NCBI GenBank assembly: GCA_964514965.1
Contig: CAZETV010000001.1
Coordinates: 480,001 to 512,000 of the forward strand
DNA from: Candidatus Hadarchaeota archaeon
GTDB taxonomy: Archaea; Hadarchaeota; Hadarchaeia; Hadarchaeales; Hadarchaeaceae
DNA length: 32,000 bases
Reading direction: 5' to 3'
Shown here: in pieces, positions 17,490-26,770 of the stretch
How the letters are laid out: every line of letters starts with the position of its first letter
Position numbering within the stretch: position 1 is the stretch's first letter
Program-made: the position numbers and the translations under genes
Notes under the pieces: model-generated
Database searches by the model: none
What the model saw: the letters and a program-made list of their open reading frames with translations, nothing else
What the model was told of the DNA's origin: nothing

Positions 17490-18216
17490 AATAATATTAA
17501 TAACCGGCCACAAGAAGAGCGGCAAGACCAAAGTAATCGAGGGTTTAATCAAAGAGCTAATAAATCGTAGCTATCGCGTGGGAACGGTGAAACATGTCCC
17601 GAAACAAGGATTCACGTTGGATCAATCTGGTACGGACACTTGGAGGCATGCCCAAGCGGGGAGTAAGACAATAGTGTGTGTAAGCCCTGAAGAAGTTGCA
17701 ACTCTGGAGAAACGTAAGCCTGACCTCGGAGGAATACTTTTGAGTTTGCGTGACCTCGATTTTGTCATATTGGAGGGCTTCGGTAGTGTTAAAAATTTAG
17801 TGAAGATAACGGTTGCCCGAAATGAGAACGAAGCATCGGAGTTGGACGACGATTTCACGGTCGGTTTTATAGGCCAAGGAGTCGGTGCAAAAGAGGTCTT
17901 AGACCCGGATAATTTTAGAGCAATTGCTGACTTGGTCGAGCAGAAAGCACTTCCCCCTACAGCTGGTCTCGACTGCGGAGACTGTGGTTATAGAACCTGC
18001 AGAGAGTTTTTTCTCGCAGCTCTAGCTGAGAAAGCTCCGAAAAACGGTTGCAGACCGCTCTTTGGCCGCGTCCTGCTTACGGTGGATAGCAGACGAATCC
18101 CCCTTAATGTTTTCATGCAGAATTTGATAGCCGGAACCATTGCTGGGATGTTAACCTCTCTGAAAGGTGCTAAAGGAGAGGAGATAAAAATCGAGGTAAT
18201 TCGGCATGAAAGATAG
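17482..18216 (+). CDS. mobB: MobB (molybdopterin-guanine dinucleotide biosynthesis adapter, P-loop GTPase) fused to a C-terminal Cys-motif domain
   Basis: The likely TTG start at 17482 overlaps the moeA stop; the track ORF extends to 17407 inside moeA. The MobB core is ILITGHKKSGKTKVIEGLIKEL...VGTVKH...GTDTWRHAQAG. The C-terminal part carries CGDCGYRTC-x17-C, like the RnfB-N-terminal / putative Fe-S cluster domain. Confidence 0.8.
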   Translation: MLRIILITGHKKSGKTKVIEGLIKELINRSYRVGTVKHVPKQGFTLDQSGTDTWRHAQAGSKTIVCVSPEEVATLEKRKPDLGGILLSLRDLDFVILEGFGSVKNLVKITVARNENEASELDDDFTVGFIGQGVGAKEVLDPDNFRAIADLVEQKALPPTAGLDCGDCGYRTCREFFLAALAEKAPKNGCRPLFGRVLLTVDSRRIPLNVFMQNLIAGTIAGMLTSLKGAKGEEIKIEVIRHER

Positions 18217-19147
18217 ATATGGGCGGCCAATCACCAGCTTGCGAATATCCGTGACTAACAGGTGCGACCTAAATTGTTTTTACTGCCATCGAGAGGGCTG
18301 CCAAGGCGGAGATCGGGAGATGACAGCGAACGAAATAGGTGAAATAGTCCGAGTCGGATCAGAATTTGGTATCAAAAATGTCAAGCTGACTGGCGGAGAA
18401 CCTCTGATGCGTGATGATATAGAGGATATAGTGTCCGCGGTTAATCAGCCCTCCATTGCTGATGTTTCGATGACGACCAACGGCACTAAGCTCGCTGGAA
18501 AAGCGAGAGGGCTAGCAGAGGCCGGGCTTAATCGTGTCAACATTAGTTTGGATACTCTAAAACCTCTAATTTATTCTAAGATCACCGATGCGCCGAAGCT
18601 TGAACGCGTTCTAGAAGGCATAGACGCCGCGCTGGATGCCGGCCTGCATCCCGTGAAGTTGAACATGCTTGTCCTTAGGGAGATTAATGAGGGCGAGATT
18701 GAGCAGGTAATGGATTATTCACTGGACCGCGGAGCAATTCTGCAGATTCTAGAATTGCTTCGAACGCCCGATATCGCAGAAATTTATGAGCGCTTTCACG
18801 TTAGCTTAGAACCATTTGAACGTAAGATTCGCGAACAGGCACTGGACATCAAGACACGCCTATTAGGGCAAGCAAGGAAAAAGTACATTCTGCCCAAGGG
18901 AGAGGTTGAGATCGTCAGACCGATGCATAACTCCGAATTCTGTATGCATTGTACCCGCCTTCGCCTCACTCCTGATGGTCATCTCAAACCGTGCCTGATG
19001 CGCAACGATAACCTCGTGGATGTATTTTCCCCTATCAGTATAGACGACCTCGAAGGAGTCCGCAAAGCTTTCGCCGAAACCATCGCGAGGCGGGAACCAT
19101 ATTTCAAAGGTGTAGCTCGTGAGATATGCATTCAGAGTTGCGTATGA
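18206..19147 (+). CDS. moaA: GTP 3',8-cyclase MoaA (radical SAM)
   Basis: 313 aa overlapping mobB by 11 nt. It has the radical-SAM CDLNCFYCH motif, GGEPLMR, and C-terminal second-cluster cysteines (FCMHCTRLRLTPDGHLKPC). Confidence 0.92.
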   Translation: MKDRYGRPITSLRISVTNRCDLNCFYCHREGCQGGDREMTANEIGEIVRVGSEFGIKNVKLTGGEPLMRDDIEDIVSAVNQPSIADVSMTTNGTKLAGKARGLAEAGLNRVNISLDTLKPLIYSKITDAPKLERVLEGIDAALDAGLHPVKLNMLVLREINEGEIEQVMDYSLDRGAILQILELLRTPDIAEIYERFHVSLEPFERKIREQALDIKTRLLGQARKKYILPKGEVEIVRPMHNSEFCMHCTRLRLTPDGHLKPCLMRNDNLVDVFSPISIDDLEGVRKAFAETIARREPYFKGVAREICIQSCV

Positions 19148-19931
19148 TGGATCGCATTATTTTGGATTCGTCAGGCAACCGAGCAAGCCCACCGTCGAAG
19201 CAGAACTGTTGAAAGCTTTCAAGAATTGCGGCGCATATCGTGAGTTAAAAAAAGCACAGTTTCGCACGGCAGCTCGAACGGATCGCGGCGTCAGCGCAGT
19301 CGGGCAAGTCGTGGCGTTGGATGTCGTCAAGGAACCAACTTTAAGTTTCATTAACACCTGCTTACCAGATGATATCGCAGTGCTTACAGCGATAGAAGTT
19401 GGGCCAAAGTTTAATCCTAGAAGGCAAGCACAAAGCAAACATTATCGCTACGTCTGCGAGGCGCTTCCCAACTTTAATCTGCCTCTCGCCCGCCGTGCCG
19501 CAAAGTTGCTCGAGGGCACCCACGATTTCAAGCATCTATGCAAGCACGACCAGGGACGGTCAACTCTCAGGAATCTCAAATACGCAAACGTTCGTGTTCA
19601 AAAAATTATTATTTTCGATTTCATCGCTCGGGCGTTTCTCTGGCAACAAGTACGGCGAATGGTGAATGTGCTACTTGCAGTTGGCACCGGCAAACTCAAT
19701 TTGGACGAGCTCAAAAGAATGTTAGAAGGGCGGGCAAAACAAGCAATGCAGCCAGCGCCAGCGGAAGGACTTATTTTAGTTAACGTCCGATATCCTTCCT
19801 TCGTGCTAATGCCTGACAAGCGTGCAGTTTCGAAATTTATTGAATACTTAAAGAGACGCGCACATCCGAGTTACGATGCAATGGCGCGCCTACTTCTACC
19901 AAAGCAAAACCCTCAATTCACTTCACTCTAA
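19119..19931 (+). CDS. truA: tRNA pseudouridine(38-40) synthase TruA family
   Basis: 270 aa. A GTG start overlaps moaA by 29 nt. The N-terminus is YAFRVAYDGSHYFGFVRQP and the catalytic-Asp motif is AARTDRGVSAVGQV. Confidence 0.85.
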   Translation: MRYAFRVAYDGSHYFGFVRQPSKPTVEAELLKAFKNCGAYRELKKAQFRTAARTDRGVSAVGQVVALDVVKEPTLSFINTCLPDDIAVLTAIEVGPKFNPRRQAQSKHYRYVCEALPNFNLPLARRAAKLLEGTHDFKHLCKHDQGRSTLRNLKYANVRVQKIIIFDFIARAFLWQQVRRMVNVLLAVGTGKLNLDELKRMLEGRAKQAMQPAPAEGLILVNVRYPSFVLMPDKRAVSKFIEYLKRRAHPSYDAMARLLLPKQNPQFTSL

Positions 19932-20091
19932 CTTAATTGCAATTCAAGTTTCGATTACTCCACTACCTCTTCTGGTTCTAAATCCCTCGGCTTATCCTTC
20001 AAAGTCTCAATCTTCCGCTCGGCCACCTTTAGCTCCCAATCGATTTTCTGCCTTTCCGCGATTGCCTCAGACCTTTTCTCGCAACCATGAC

Positions 20092-21231
20092 TTACCGCTC
20101 CCACATCAACAGGCTTTCCCGCGCTATTCCGACCTTTTTCCTCGCGGGAGTTGTACAGAAACGCTTGTTTACCACGATTACTCGCTTGGCCTTGAACCCG
20201 ACACGTTCTGCAAGCCTGCTAAGCGTTTCGCCGACATCAATAACACCTTCCGGGAAACATCCATCCGATGCAACCAAACAAACTCTCGCTCCGTGCTTGC
20301 AGACGCGATAAAGCTCCTTAATCACCGCGAACATGTCCCTGAAGTAAAGTTTCGCTTCGATTGGTTTTCCCTCAACAAATTCTCCAACTTCAGAAAAATC
20401 ATCCACAGTACCTCCCTCACGTACGCCGATAAGCTGATCTGAAGCTGGAGCATCCAAGCCCAACAACTGCTGCTCGATGCGGTACGCGTTGATGTATTCC
20501 CGTTTGTTTAAATAGGGTGGGGAGGTAACGACTGCATCGACGCTCTCTTCGGCCAGCCCAAGTTTTCTCGCGTCGCAGCGTTCGACCGTTACCCTGCAGG
20601 CTTTTCCCTCGAATCGCTCGACATCGCTACACATGCGCAGGAGTTGTCTTTTGAGCATGTTTCGAAGGGAATGCGCCGGCTTCTTGACGACCCTTATAGC
20701 CGCACCATCCTTGTGTGTCCAGCTACCTCGCATCGCCGCGTTCATCAGCCCTAGTAACAGAAATTCGCGAACCTTCTCGTTTTCAACCCTTAGTATTTCC
20801 TGCTTGAAGAATGCGATGTCTTCCATCAGATTTTTTGGAAAAACGCGCGCGACGAAACCAGGCATTTCAATTTCTAGTTTCTCGAACTTCGATTTCATCA
20901 ACGCCCGAACAGCTACCCTGAGTTCTTTCACATCATAATCTCTTAGTTTCACGCGAGAGGCGAACAACATGATTGGATATACATCATAACCAACACTGTC
21001 CACCCCAAGTTGTTTGCAGGCAAGCAGCGTCGTTCCGCAGCCAACAAACGGATCAATTAAGAGGTCGCCTTCGCCAAGCCCCCAAGTTTCAGCGAGTAGG
21101 AACACGAGGTCTCGGGAGAAAGCCTCTTTGAAATAGAACCAATTGTAGATGGGAATTCGCTTATTTACGAGGAAGGTCGCCAGTTTGCCCAATTTGAGCC
21201 TCTCGACTATCCTCACAGAAAAACTCTCCAA
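20092..21231 (-). CDS. SAM-dependent N4/N6-type DNA (possibly RNA) methyltransferase, no restriction partner in window
   Basis: 379 aa. A TTG start lies 1 nt after the rfcL stop. The AdoMet motif LIDPFVGCGTTLLA is near the N-terminus. The catalytic motif IV VVTSPPY lies about 170 residues later. Confidence 0.8.
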   Translation of the reverse strand: MESFSVRIVERLKLGKLATFLVNKRIPIYNWFYFKEAFSRDLVFLLAETWGLGEGDLLIDPFVGCGTTLLACKQLGVDSVGYDVYPIMLFASRVKLRDYDVKELRVAVRALMKSKFEKLEIEMPGFVARVFPKNLMEDIAFFKQEILRVENEKVREFLLLGLMNAAMRGSWTHKDGAAIRVVKKPAHSLRNMLKRQLLRMCSDVERFEGKACRVTVERCDARKLGLAEESVDAVVTSPPYLNKREYINAYRIEQQLLGLDAPASDQLIGVREGGTVDDFSEVGEFVEGKPIEAKLYFRDMFAVIKELYRVCKHGARVCLVASDGCFPEGVIDVGETLSRLAERVGFKAKRVIVVNKRFCTTPARKKVGIARESLLMWER

Positions 21232-21232
21232 A

Positions 21233-22456
21233 TCATCTTATTGATTTAAGATAATCAACTTCAGCATCGCTCAGTTCAAGTTCGGTCGCGATTCGGGATG
21301 CAACCTTCTTGTCGTGTTTGAATATCAAGTGAAAGTAGGGCAAGAAGTTTTTTCGTGCAACTTTAGAGGAGGTGTGACAACGGGCAGCAACTTTTTTCGC
21401 TGCGCTATCACGCACGGCCCGAACAGACCTAGTTCTGCCGAAATATTTTCCAGAACTGGGAGGTTGAAAGCGGACAAATTTTAGCTCACCATCACGAGAA
21501 AGAGCGACTCCGGCGCTCATTAGGTCGCTAGCGTACCTCCAAAGCCCGTAAGCTTGTCTTCTTCTAGCACGGCCTAGAAAAATATCTGCTCGCGAAATGG
21601 CGTCGTAGGCCTGAACTCGGTCAGTCGAGTCGGCAAACATCCGTGGGATATTTTCATTAATCCACGCAAGAGCATCGTCAGGCGCCTTGTCGAGCGCCCA
21701 TAACAACTCTCGGGCTTCTCTGACTCCTTTAGCATATACGAGTTGCTTCAGCACGTCGAAAATGTTAGCTCCCCTGTCGCGCCGGTAAAGCACGACATCC
21801 TTTATGGCTAAGCGCTTTCTGCCGGCCGTAATGGTTTGCAAATCGTTTATCGCGGAGCGCAGATCACCCCCTACAGTTTCAGCAATTACGTTCAATGCGA
21901 TCGGGTCGGCTTCGATGTGCTCCGCGCGACATATCCGTTGAAGTACGCTTGCGATTACATCCTTAGTTAAGCGCCTGAAGTTTGTGGCAAGGCAGGTGCC
22001 TCTTATTTTCCACGGAATCGCATATTGATCATTTGCAATTAGCACCAACGGGTTCTGAGTTTGCTTGAGCAATTCCTCAATCGCGCGATATCCACCCCGA
22101 TCTGTAGTTCCGTAGACATTGTCTGCCTCGTCAAGCACGACCAACCGTTTGCCTTCAGCCCCCGCAAAAAGGGTTCCTGTCGTCGCTGCTGTGCCGGCAA
22201 CCTGCTGGACTATTTTAAGAGTGCGTTTGTCGCTAGCATTGAGCTCGATTAAATCCCACCCAAATTCCCGCGCCAATGCAGCGGTGGCAACTGTTTTCCC
22301 GGTCCCCGCTGCCCCGTAGAGAAGGAGGGCTGATTTTTTTGGCTTGCCTATCCGCCACCCTTCCGCCCAGTCGAGCATTACTTTAAGAGCTTGAGGTTGC
22401 CCAATTACTTCCCCAAGTTTGCGAGGTTTGTATTTGTCAACCCAAGATTTTGACAT
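21233..22456 (-). CDS. rfcL: Replication factor C large subunit
   Basis: The start is most likely ATG 22456 (MSKSWVDKYKPRKLGEVIGQ...), and the track ORF adds 26 implausible residues. Walker A is LLLYGAAGTGKT, followed by IELNASDKRT and Walker B VVLDEADN. Confidence 0.87.
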   Translation of the reverse strand: MSKSWVDKYKPRKLGEVIGQPQALKVMLDWAEGWRIGKPKKSALLLYGAAGTGKTVATAALAREFGWDLIELNASDKRTLKIVQQVAGTAATTGTLFAGAEGKRLVVLDEADNVYGTTDRGGYRAIEELLKQTQNPLVLIANDQYAIPWKIRGTCLATNFRRLTKDVIASVLQRICRAEHIEADPIALNVIAETVGGDLRSAINDLQTITAGRKRLAIKDVVLYRRDRGANIFDVLKQLVYAKGVREARELLWALDKAPDDALAWINENIPRMFADSTDRVQAYDAISRADIFLGRARRRQAYGLWRYASDLMSAGVALSRDGELKFVRFQPPSSGKYFGRTRSVRAVRDSAAKKVAARCHTSSKVARKNFLPYFHLIFKHDKKVASRIATELELSDAEVDYLKSIR

Positions 22457-22583
22457 GGATACACCAAACACAATTTGGCCGGGTTTGATTAAAATGATTG
22501 GGGCGTGGAAAACAGAAAAATATTCTTGCCCCATCTCCTGAAAATTGTCTTAAGTTCTAGTTCCATATACTGAATGGGATAAC

Positions 22584-23885
22584 GTGAAAATTGCGGTCAT
22601 CGCTGACACTCACCTGGGGACGAAGTGGGGGACTGCGCGGGAACAAGATTCTTTCGAGCAGACTAGAGAGGCCGTTGAGCAAGCGCTTGAACTTGGTGCG
22701 GAACTCATTCTCGTACTCGGCGATATTTTTGATATGAGAATCCCCCGCCAAGAAGTTTGGGCCCAAGCCATGCGTATCCTCTCAATTCCACTAGCAAAGG
22801 GACGAAACGAAATTACACTCAGCCGTGTTATAGACAAAAATCAGGACGATTTCTCCCCGGTGGCGCTCCGCGGGACACCCGTAATTGCTTTACACGGAAA
22901 TCACGAGCGGCGCACCAGAGGATTCATCAATCCTGTAGAAGCTCTCGAAGCTGCAGGTCTACTTATCCACCTGCATCACAACACGCTGGTTTTTAAAACC
23001 TCAAGTGGTACGTTAGCGATTCACGGCATGAGCAATGTACCCGAACAACATTCAAAAGATGTGCTCGCCACTTGGAACCCAAAGCCTGTGAAAGATGCGT
23101 TCAACATCCTGATGCTTCACCAATCTGTGGGACAGTACGTGTACTCGAGCGAGGAGTTCCCGACAATTGACCTCTCGGATCTGCCGTCCGGGTTTGATCT
23201 TTACCTCTGTGGACATATCCACTATCATACAGAAGCTACAACTCACGGGAAGCCACTGCTCTTTCCAGGAAGCACCGAACGAACCCAGCTGCTTCAAGTG
23301 GAGGCAGGGGTGCCAAAGGGGTTCTACATGCTCGACCTCGATGACCGGCTCAGCTACGAGTTTATCGCGCTTAAGAGTACACGAGATTTTTATTACGAAG
23401 AAATGAAATTCGAGAGTGTTGGAACCCTTCAGTTGAGTGAAGCGGTAAGAACAAAGGTATCGGAGCTTCTGGAGCGGCCCAGACACAATTTCGAGAAGCT
23501 ACCTCTGATCAGGCTGAGGCTCACTGGAACCCTCTCAAAGGGGGCATCGCGCAGCGAGTTAGACGAGCGATCAATCATTCAGGAGTTCGCCGATCGAGCG
23601 TTGGTCGCTATAAGCAAGGGCGATCTCACCTCCCCAGGGCTTGAGGAAAAAGTACAGCTCCTACGCAAGTTGAGGGAGAGACGCTTACCAATAGATGAGA
23701 TGGCTATGGGTCTGCTCGAGGCAAACCTTCGCGAGGTCAATTACGATCAACCGTTCGACGTACGTATGCTCTACAATCTTTTGGTTGAGAACAGGAGCGG
23801 GGAGGCTCTTCAAAAGGTGTTTGATGTGGTGGAAGAGCAGGTCAAAATTGAGCTGGAGAGGAAATCAGATGATAACTCAAGTTAA
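22584..23885 (+). CDS. mre11: DNA double-strand break repair nuclease Mre11
   Basis: 433 aa with a GTG start. Calcineurin-like phosphoesterase motifs appear in order: IADTHLG, LGDIFD, LHGNHE, LMLHQ, CGHIH. Confidence 0.92.
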   Translation: MKIAVIADTHLGTKWGTAREQDSFEQTREAVEQALELGAELILVLGDIFDMRIPRQEVWAQAMRILSIPLAKGRNEITLSRVIDKNQDDFSPVALRGTPVIALHGNHERRTRGFINPVEALEAAGLLIHLHHNTLVFKTSSGTLAIHGMSNVPEQHSKDVLATWNPKPVKDAFNILMLHQSVGQYVYSSEEFPTIDLSDLPSGFDLYLCGHIHYHTEATTHGKPLLFPGSTERTQLLQVEAGVPKGFYMLDLDDRLSYEFIALKSTRDFYYEEMKFESVGTLQLSEAVRTKVSELLERPRHNFEKLPLIRLRLTGTLSKGASRSELDERSIIQEFADRALVAISKGDLTSPGLEEKVQLLRKLRERRLPIDEMAMGLLEANLREVNYDQPFDVRMLYNLLVENRSGEALQKVFDVVEEQVKIELERKSDDNSS

Positions 23886-26271
23886 ACTAAAAAATTGGAA
23901 GTCTCACCGCAACACCGATTTGCATTTTGGCGATGGCACGAATGTTCTCATAGGAACCATGGGTGCTGGAAAGTCAGCAGTATTGGATGCGATTACCTAT
24001 GCTCTCTTCGGAACTCTGCCTGCGGTGCAGACCCGGCGCATCAAGCTTGAGAATCTCATAACGAACCGACCTGATGTGATGAATCGAGCAGAGGTTGAGG
24101 TTGGGTTCCTCACGCCTAACGGCGACGAATTTACAGTCAAACGTGTCATCGAGCTAGGGAAAGGGACAGTACTTTCGGAACTTCGAAAAGCTACCGGCGA
24201 GTTAATCGAGAGCCCAAGTGCAACACGTGTAAGTGAGAATATCCGCTCCCTCCTCAAACTAGATTACGACCTCTTCGAGCGAGCGATTTACGCGGAACAA
24301 AATCGTTTGGATTATTTTCTGACCTTACCGCGCGGCAAACGTATGGAAAACATCGATGAACTTTTGGGTATAAACAAGCTTGAGCTGGCACGCAAAGAAA
24401 TCGGCTCGCTCACAAACCGCGTCCGGGACCGAACCGAGGAACGGAAGAAAACCATAAACCAACTCGGACAGGATGCTTCGCTAGCTCTCTTGCCGACCCA
24501 CGAGCAGGAGATGAAAGATATTGAACTCTCGAGGCAGGAGAGCCAGAGGAGGCTTCAGCAAATTCAACCAGAATTGGAGGCGACCTCCTCCCAACTCCAG
24601 CAATTTCGCAAAACCGAGCAGGAACTCGCACAGTTGGAGAGTTCATCTCGCGAACTCGATGGGGCGATAAATGCGCTGAATCGTCAAATCGAGCAAATCA
24701 AAGAGAGGTTAGGGGCCGCTGTCGCGTTTGCTCCCGAAGAACTCAAACGACGGGTGACGGATTTTGAACAGGCATGCCGCAAAACCGATGCCCGTACGAC
24801 TGAACTCAACTCTAATTTAACTACTAGCAGCTCGAGGGTGCGGGAATTAGAAACCAAGATATGGATGATCCATGAACGCTTGGAAAGGCTCACGAGCGAG
24901 ATAAAACGAAAACACAAGTTGAGTGAAGAGTTGGGAAAATTAAGATCACAAGAACTGGTGAAGTTGATTGAAGAACTGCAGCTTAAGTCTAGAAGCGCTG
25001 GCGATGAACTTGCAGCTTCTCATGCCCGAGCGCAGGACTTTCAGCAAATAATAGATGAACTCGCAGCAGCTGGTTCAACGTGCCCAGTCTGTGAAAGTCC
25101 CCTTGAGGAGAGCAAAAAGCAGCAATTATTGGAGGAGCGCAAAGAACAGCTTAAGGCGAAAATCAAACGCGCAGCCGAACTTGACGCGCACGTGAAAGAG
25201 TTGAATAAAAATTTGAACGAGAAGCTCGAACTTCAGAGAAAAGCCCAGCTACTGGCGAAGGAAACCGAGGAGCTTCCTGCGATAGAGGCAGAACGTTCTC
25301 AGCTTTCCCAACAAACTCAAAGTTTGGAACGGGAACTTCTAAATGTGCAGACGGCGACAAGGAAACTCAAGATTGAGGTCGAGATGGCACGCAAAGAAGC
25401 GGAAACACTTCGTGAGCAGTTCAACGCAACCAAGCAGTCACTTCAGCTAAGGCTTGACTTGAACCATCTTGAAATAGATCACGCGCAAAAGTTCAACGAA
25501 CGATTACGTGTACAGCACGAGCTGGATCAGTTTAAGCGCACTTATGACGCTGGACGGGTAAAAGAATTCGAACGTAAATACGAGGAACTCATTCGCGCTC
25601 ATGAGCGTTTGCAAACTGAACTTGTCGGGAAGGAGCAGTTGATCGCGGAGAAGCGGAGACTCATCGAGAATATTCGAGAAAAGCGTGAGACGATTTTGCG
25701 ATGTGAGATAGAGGTCAAACATCTGGAGGACGCAGTGAGAGGGCTAACTACAATTCAAGCCGCGCTCGCGCGAACCCAGGTGGCTATGCGCAGGGAATTC
25801 ATCGATGGAGTTAACGAGGCGATGAGCGAACTCTGGGAGAGCATCTACCCTTACGGAGATTTAACAGGCATCAAACTTGCTGTCGAGGGGGGTGAACGAG
25901 GAAGCGATTACGTGCTGCAACTCCGCGATCGCTCTGGAAATTGGACTCCAGTCGAAGGAATCGCGAGCGGAGGTGAACGCACCGATGCCTGCCTAGCCCT
26001 CCGGATAGCGTTTGCGATTGTGCTCGCGCCATCGCTCAGCTGGATCGTGCTTGATGAACCTACGCACAATCTCGACGAGGAAGGTATTCAGGAACTCGCG
26101 AAAGTTTTGAGGGAGCGCCTCCCAGAAATTGCGCAGCAGATAATAATTATAACTCATGAACAGCGGCTAGAGGAAGCGGTGAGTGGCTACCTCTATCGTT
26201 TTTCACGAAACAAGGATGCGGATGAGCCAACGAAGGTCGAACGAGCGACAGTCCCAGAGCGATTTGATTGA
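23878..26271 (+). CDS. rad50: DNA double-strand break repair ATPase Rad50
   Basis: Start is ATG 23878 (MITQVKLKNWKSH...), overlapping the mre11 stop by 8 nt. The track ORF start at 23695 lies inside mre11. Walker A is GTMGAGKS. It has long heptad coiled coils, a central zinc hook CPVC, the signature ASGGER and Walker B WIVLDEP. Confidence 0.92.
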   Translation, partial: QVKLKNWKSHRNTDLHFGDGTNVLIGTMGAGKSAVLDAITYALFGTLPAVQTRRIKLENLITNRPDVMNRAEVEVGFLTPNGDEFTVKRVIELGKGTVLSELRKATGELIESPSATRVSENIRSLLKLDYDLFERAIYAEQNRLDYFLTLPRGKRMENIDELLGINKLELARKEIGSLTNRVRDRTEERKKTINQLGQDASLALLPTHEQEMKDIELSRQESQRRLQQIQPELEATSSQLQQFRKTEQELAQLESSSRELDGAINALNRQIEQIKERLGAAVAFAPEELKRRVTDFEQACRKTDARTTELNSNLTTSSSRVRELETKIWMIHERLERLTSEIKRKHKLSEELGKLRSQELVKLIEELQLKSRSAGDELAASHARAQDFQQIIDELAAAGSTCPVCESPLEESKKQQLLEERKEQLKAKIKRAAELDAHVKELNKNLNEKLELQRKAQLLAKETEELPAIEAERSQLSQQTQSLERELLNVQTATRKLKIEVEMARKEAETLREQFNATKQSLQLRLDLNHLEIDHAQKFNERLRVQHELDQFKRTYDAGRVKEFERKYEELIRAHERLQTELVGKEQLIAEKRRLIENIREKRETILRCEIEVKHLEDAVRGLTTIQAALARTQVAMRREFIDGVNEAMSELWESIYPYGDLTGIKLAVEGGERGSDYVLQLRDRSGNWTPVEGIASGGERTDACLALRIAFAIVLAPSLSWIVLDEPTHNLDEEGIQELAKVLRERLPEIAQQIIIITHEQRLEEAVSGYLYRFSRNKDADEPTKVERATVPERFD

Positions 26272-26272
26272 T

Positions 26273-26770
26273 TTAGGCCCCAGCAATCTCGAAAATCCTC
26301 ACGGTCGCTGGCACAGCAATGTTTTCCCCACCAGCCGTGGTTAAACGTACCTCCCCTTGTCTAACAAATTGTTTCTCCGCATCTATGCCGGGCCCAACAC
26401 CTTCGGGCCATGAAAGCTCCCAAGAAGAGTTATCGTAACTTAAGTTGACCGCCACAGCATATCCTGGCGGGCAAAGGTATTCGAGGGCGTTCTCCATGGC
26501 GGAGCGCAAGTGGAGTCCAGGCACGGTTGGTTGTCCTAGCAGAAGATTTTCGGCGGCCGCTCGCAGAAAGCTTATACTATACGGCCCGACCCAAGCGAGC
26601 TCCAATGTCATGTACAAATGTTCGCTCTTGAGTTCGAGTTGGCGGTCGGTGGCTGTCTGGAGTGGTCTCAAGCTGTAGGTGTGCATAAACACCGCGGCGA
26701 GGACTAGCATTACAAACATGAAAGCGATTGCGAGAATATCTGCAACGCCCTGATTTTCTAAGCGCGCCAT
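26273..26770 (-). CDS. N-terminally membrane-anchored protein (165 aa), paralog of 14083..14769
   Basis: The likely start is ATG 26770 (MARLENQGVADILAIAFMFVMLVLAAVFMHTY), overlapping the upstream gene by 13 nt. This is the last gene of a 4-gene minus-strand operon. Its stop is 1 nt from the convergent rad50 stop. Confidence 0.6.
   Translation of the reverse strand: MARLENQGVADILAIAFMFVMLVLAAVFMHTYSLRPLQTATDRQLELKSEHLYMTLELAWVGPYSISFLRAAAENLLLGQPTVPGLHLRSAMENALEYLCPPGYAVAVNLSYDNSSWELSWPEGVGPGIDAEKQFVRQGEVRLTTAGGENIAVPATVRIFEIAGA

Noticed and set aside
19876-20442. 188-aa plus-strand ORF
   Set aside because: It is antisense to the 3' part of the methyltransferase gene. Its Pro/Ser/Leu-rich translation is typical of a shadow ORF.
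23695-23877. N-terminal 61-codon extension of rad50 in the track ORF, and similar extensions of rfcL (22457..22534) and the 165-aa protein (26771..26842)
   Set aside because: The extensions run through the upstream gene or promoter and encode implausible sequence. Canonical family N-termini (MITQVKLKNW..., MSKSWVDKYKP..., MARLENQ... plus TM helix) begin at internal ATGs with overlap or coupling geometry.
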